The translations under genes and the position numbers were made by a program. A stretch of DNA of 64,000 nucleotides, taken from Squalus acanthias. Taxonomy: Eukaryota. Positions 62,300 through 64,000 of the stretch are shown in pieces. The stretch lies in contig JASTWF010000418.1 in the NCBI GenBank assembly GCA_030390025.1, forward strand, positions 62,001 to 126,000, given 5' to 3'. The stretch's first letter is position 1. Each line of letters opens with the position of its first letter. Below the pieces are notes generated by a model, which worked only from the letters and a program-made list of their open reading frames with translations, did not search any database and was not told the DNA's origin.

Positions 62300-63988
62300 T
62301 GTAGGATATAGTGTACCTGTAGGATTTAGTAAACATTGTTAAGATTTTGTAACCATTATTAAGTAAGTATAATATGTGAAATTGTATGTTAAAAACCTAA
62401 AACGCCTGTATAAAATGGCTGGGAAGCAAAGCATGATGGTAAAATTAAGCCAACATTATGTTAACTGGGAGAATAGTGCTGAGTTGGTGTAGATTTTCTG
62501 TTATATTAAAAACAAGAAGCCAGTGAAGGACAAAGCATTAATTAAGTCTCAAAGTAAGACAAAGGGGTAGAAATTAGGTCACGCCCCATTTGGGGTGCAA
62601 ATATCGTCTGGACGCAAATATTAGCGCCTGGCGCTAATTATCGGCACTGACTGGAAACTTCACTTTTACCGCCCCGGGAGGTGAGTGGAGCGCTAAATCA
62701 GGCGCTGCACACCTGTCTTAAGGCGCAAAGGCCAAGGAGTGAGGCGCTACCTCAGAGCGCTGGCGAAGCTCATGTAATGTCAGTCAGCAATGGAACACAC
62801 ACACAATGGCACGGGCCAGTTCTTAAAGGGGATGGTTAATCTTGCTTTCCATCCACATCCTGTTCATTGCAGCCTTTAATCTCGGCCTGGAGAGACTGGC
62901 ACATCAAATGTGCTGGAAAGAACAATGGAGAGTACCAGGCAAAGAGCTCAGAGTGCAGCTCCCACAATCTCTGCTAAATCGATACAAGGAATGGCAAATC
63001 AAAATGAACCTGCAAAGTGCTGCTCAGTACCCAAAACTCCTTCACACAACGTTGAATCTCTCCAGAAGTCTCTCCCTCTCTCTCTCAGAATGCGTAGTTC
63101 AAAAATGCCACCAACAATAAAAGACAGGAAGAGGCCCCCTTTAAATAGCGCCCCCCCCAGCCCCACAGCGATTGATAGCGTTCCAGTCTTCTGGTCGTTG
63201 GATGCGCCAGGCGGTAAGGCAGGGGGCGCCACTCAATTTCCGCTCCGGGGCGCCACAAGGGCGTTGCACCATGGAATGACGTCACAATCTGCGCGCGCAG
63301 GTGGTCGCAGCGGTAAAGTTTAGCGCCGCCGCACAATCTCTAGTTAAGTTCCCGAGCGGCGCAAACATCGCTGCGCCCGGGCGTTAGCGGCTTTGCGCCC
63401 CATTAGCGCCCTCTTAAGGCGCTAACGGGAGGCGCAACCAACTGAATTTTTACCCCAAAGGGTTTTCAATACCGAACATCCCTCATCGCTGAAGTTTCAG
63501 ACCAGTCTAGATAATGGGCTGTGGGAAAGGCAAAAGACCTCCGTCTTAATTCATGGGAAGTCCGGCTATGTGCAAGATCTCAAACTCAAAGTTCACAGCA
63601 GAATAGGGGAGGGAATCATAGACCGTACTTGTGAAGGTCAGCATGGTGAGATAGCCCAAGCAGCTGCCAGTTGCTATGTATTTTGAAAGGGAAAAAAAAG
63701 GTATAAAGGAACAGCTATTGAACACTGAAAGCAGTGCGAAACCAGAGGTCGAGAAGCTTCAGTCAACAGAACACAGCAAGAGAATAAAGAGACCGCGCCG
63801 CAGTCACTCGGAAGGAACGCCAGGGTTCAATGAACAGACGGCGACTATCTTCTTGTTAAGTATTACTTCTTTATACTGGATGTTTAATGTTTAATAAACC
63901 TGTTTTACTGATACACAATATACCTGGACCCAGAGTGGTTTGTGTCATAGAAACACGGACAAATTAATTCAGAGCTTTAAAAGCTACA
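62300..63988 (+). mobile_element. Duplicate of the same solo LTR, with a nested MITE
   Basis: Same termini and same flanking site as 59064-59850. Confidence 0.8.
62564..63456. mobile_element. PIF/Harbinger-like MITE (893 bp)
   Basis: TIRs GGGGTAGAAATT / AATTTTTACCCC, 3-bp AAA duplication; empty site visible in the sister LTR near 59325. Confidence 0.8.
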
Positions 63989-64000
63989 AGACCCACCTCA

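Overview
Eukaryotic, repeat-rich genomic DNA, most likely from a cartilaginous fish (inferred from the CR1/L2/HER1-type LINE tails and shark-type SINE-derived repeats). The main content is a minus-strand, intron-containing gene for a very long type I membrane protein made of immunoglobulin C1-set domains, one domain per phase-1 exon. In transcription order within the window: (A-B)x5-A-C-D-E-D-E (16 C1 exons, 61969 down to 32410), a transmembrane exon (28980-29117) and a cytoplasmic exon with stop codon (28423-28508), about 1,790 aa in total. The 5' part of the gene lies beyond base 64000. The TM and ~40-aa tail are not those of a conventional membrane IgH chain, and no V segment, leader or credible RSS is in the window. 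Each E exon can read through its splice donor into a ~91-aa Pro/Ser/Thr-rich tail, followed (in 3 of 4 copies) by an intronic AATAAA, suggesting a secreted/GPI versus membrane isoform switch. An array of eight co-oriented CTCF-like cores lies just 3' of the stop codon. A second D-E-D-E block (886-8096) lies left of a 500-N gap and is either a paralog or an uncollapsed haplotype. The rest is minisatellites, a 7.3-kb 16-bp satellite, nested CR1 LINE fragments, MITEs, two solo LTRs, a Penelope remnant with a hammerhead motif, and a head-to-head telomeric insertion. Exon boundaries were read by eye and nothing was checked against databases.
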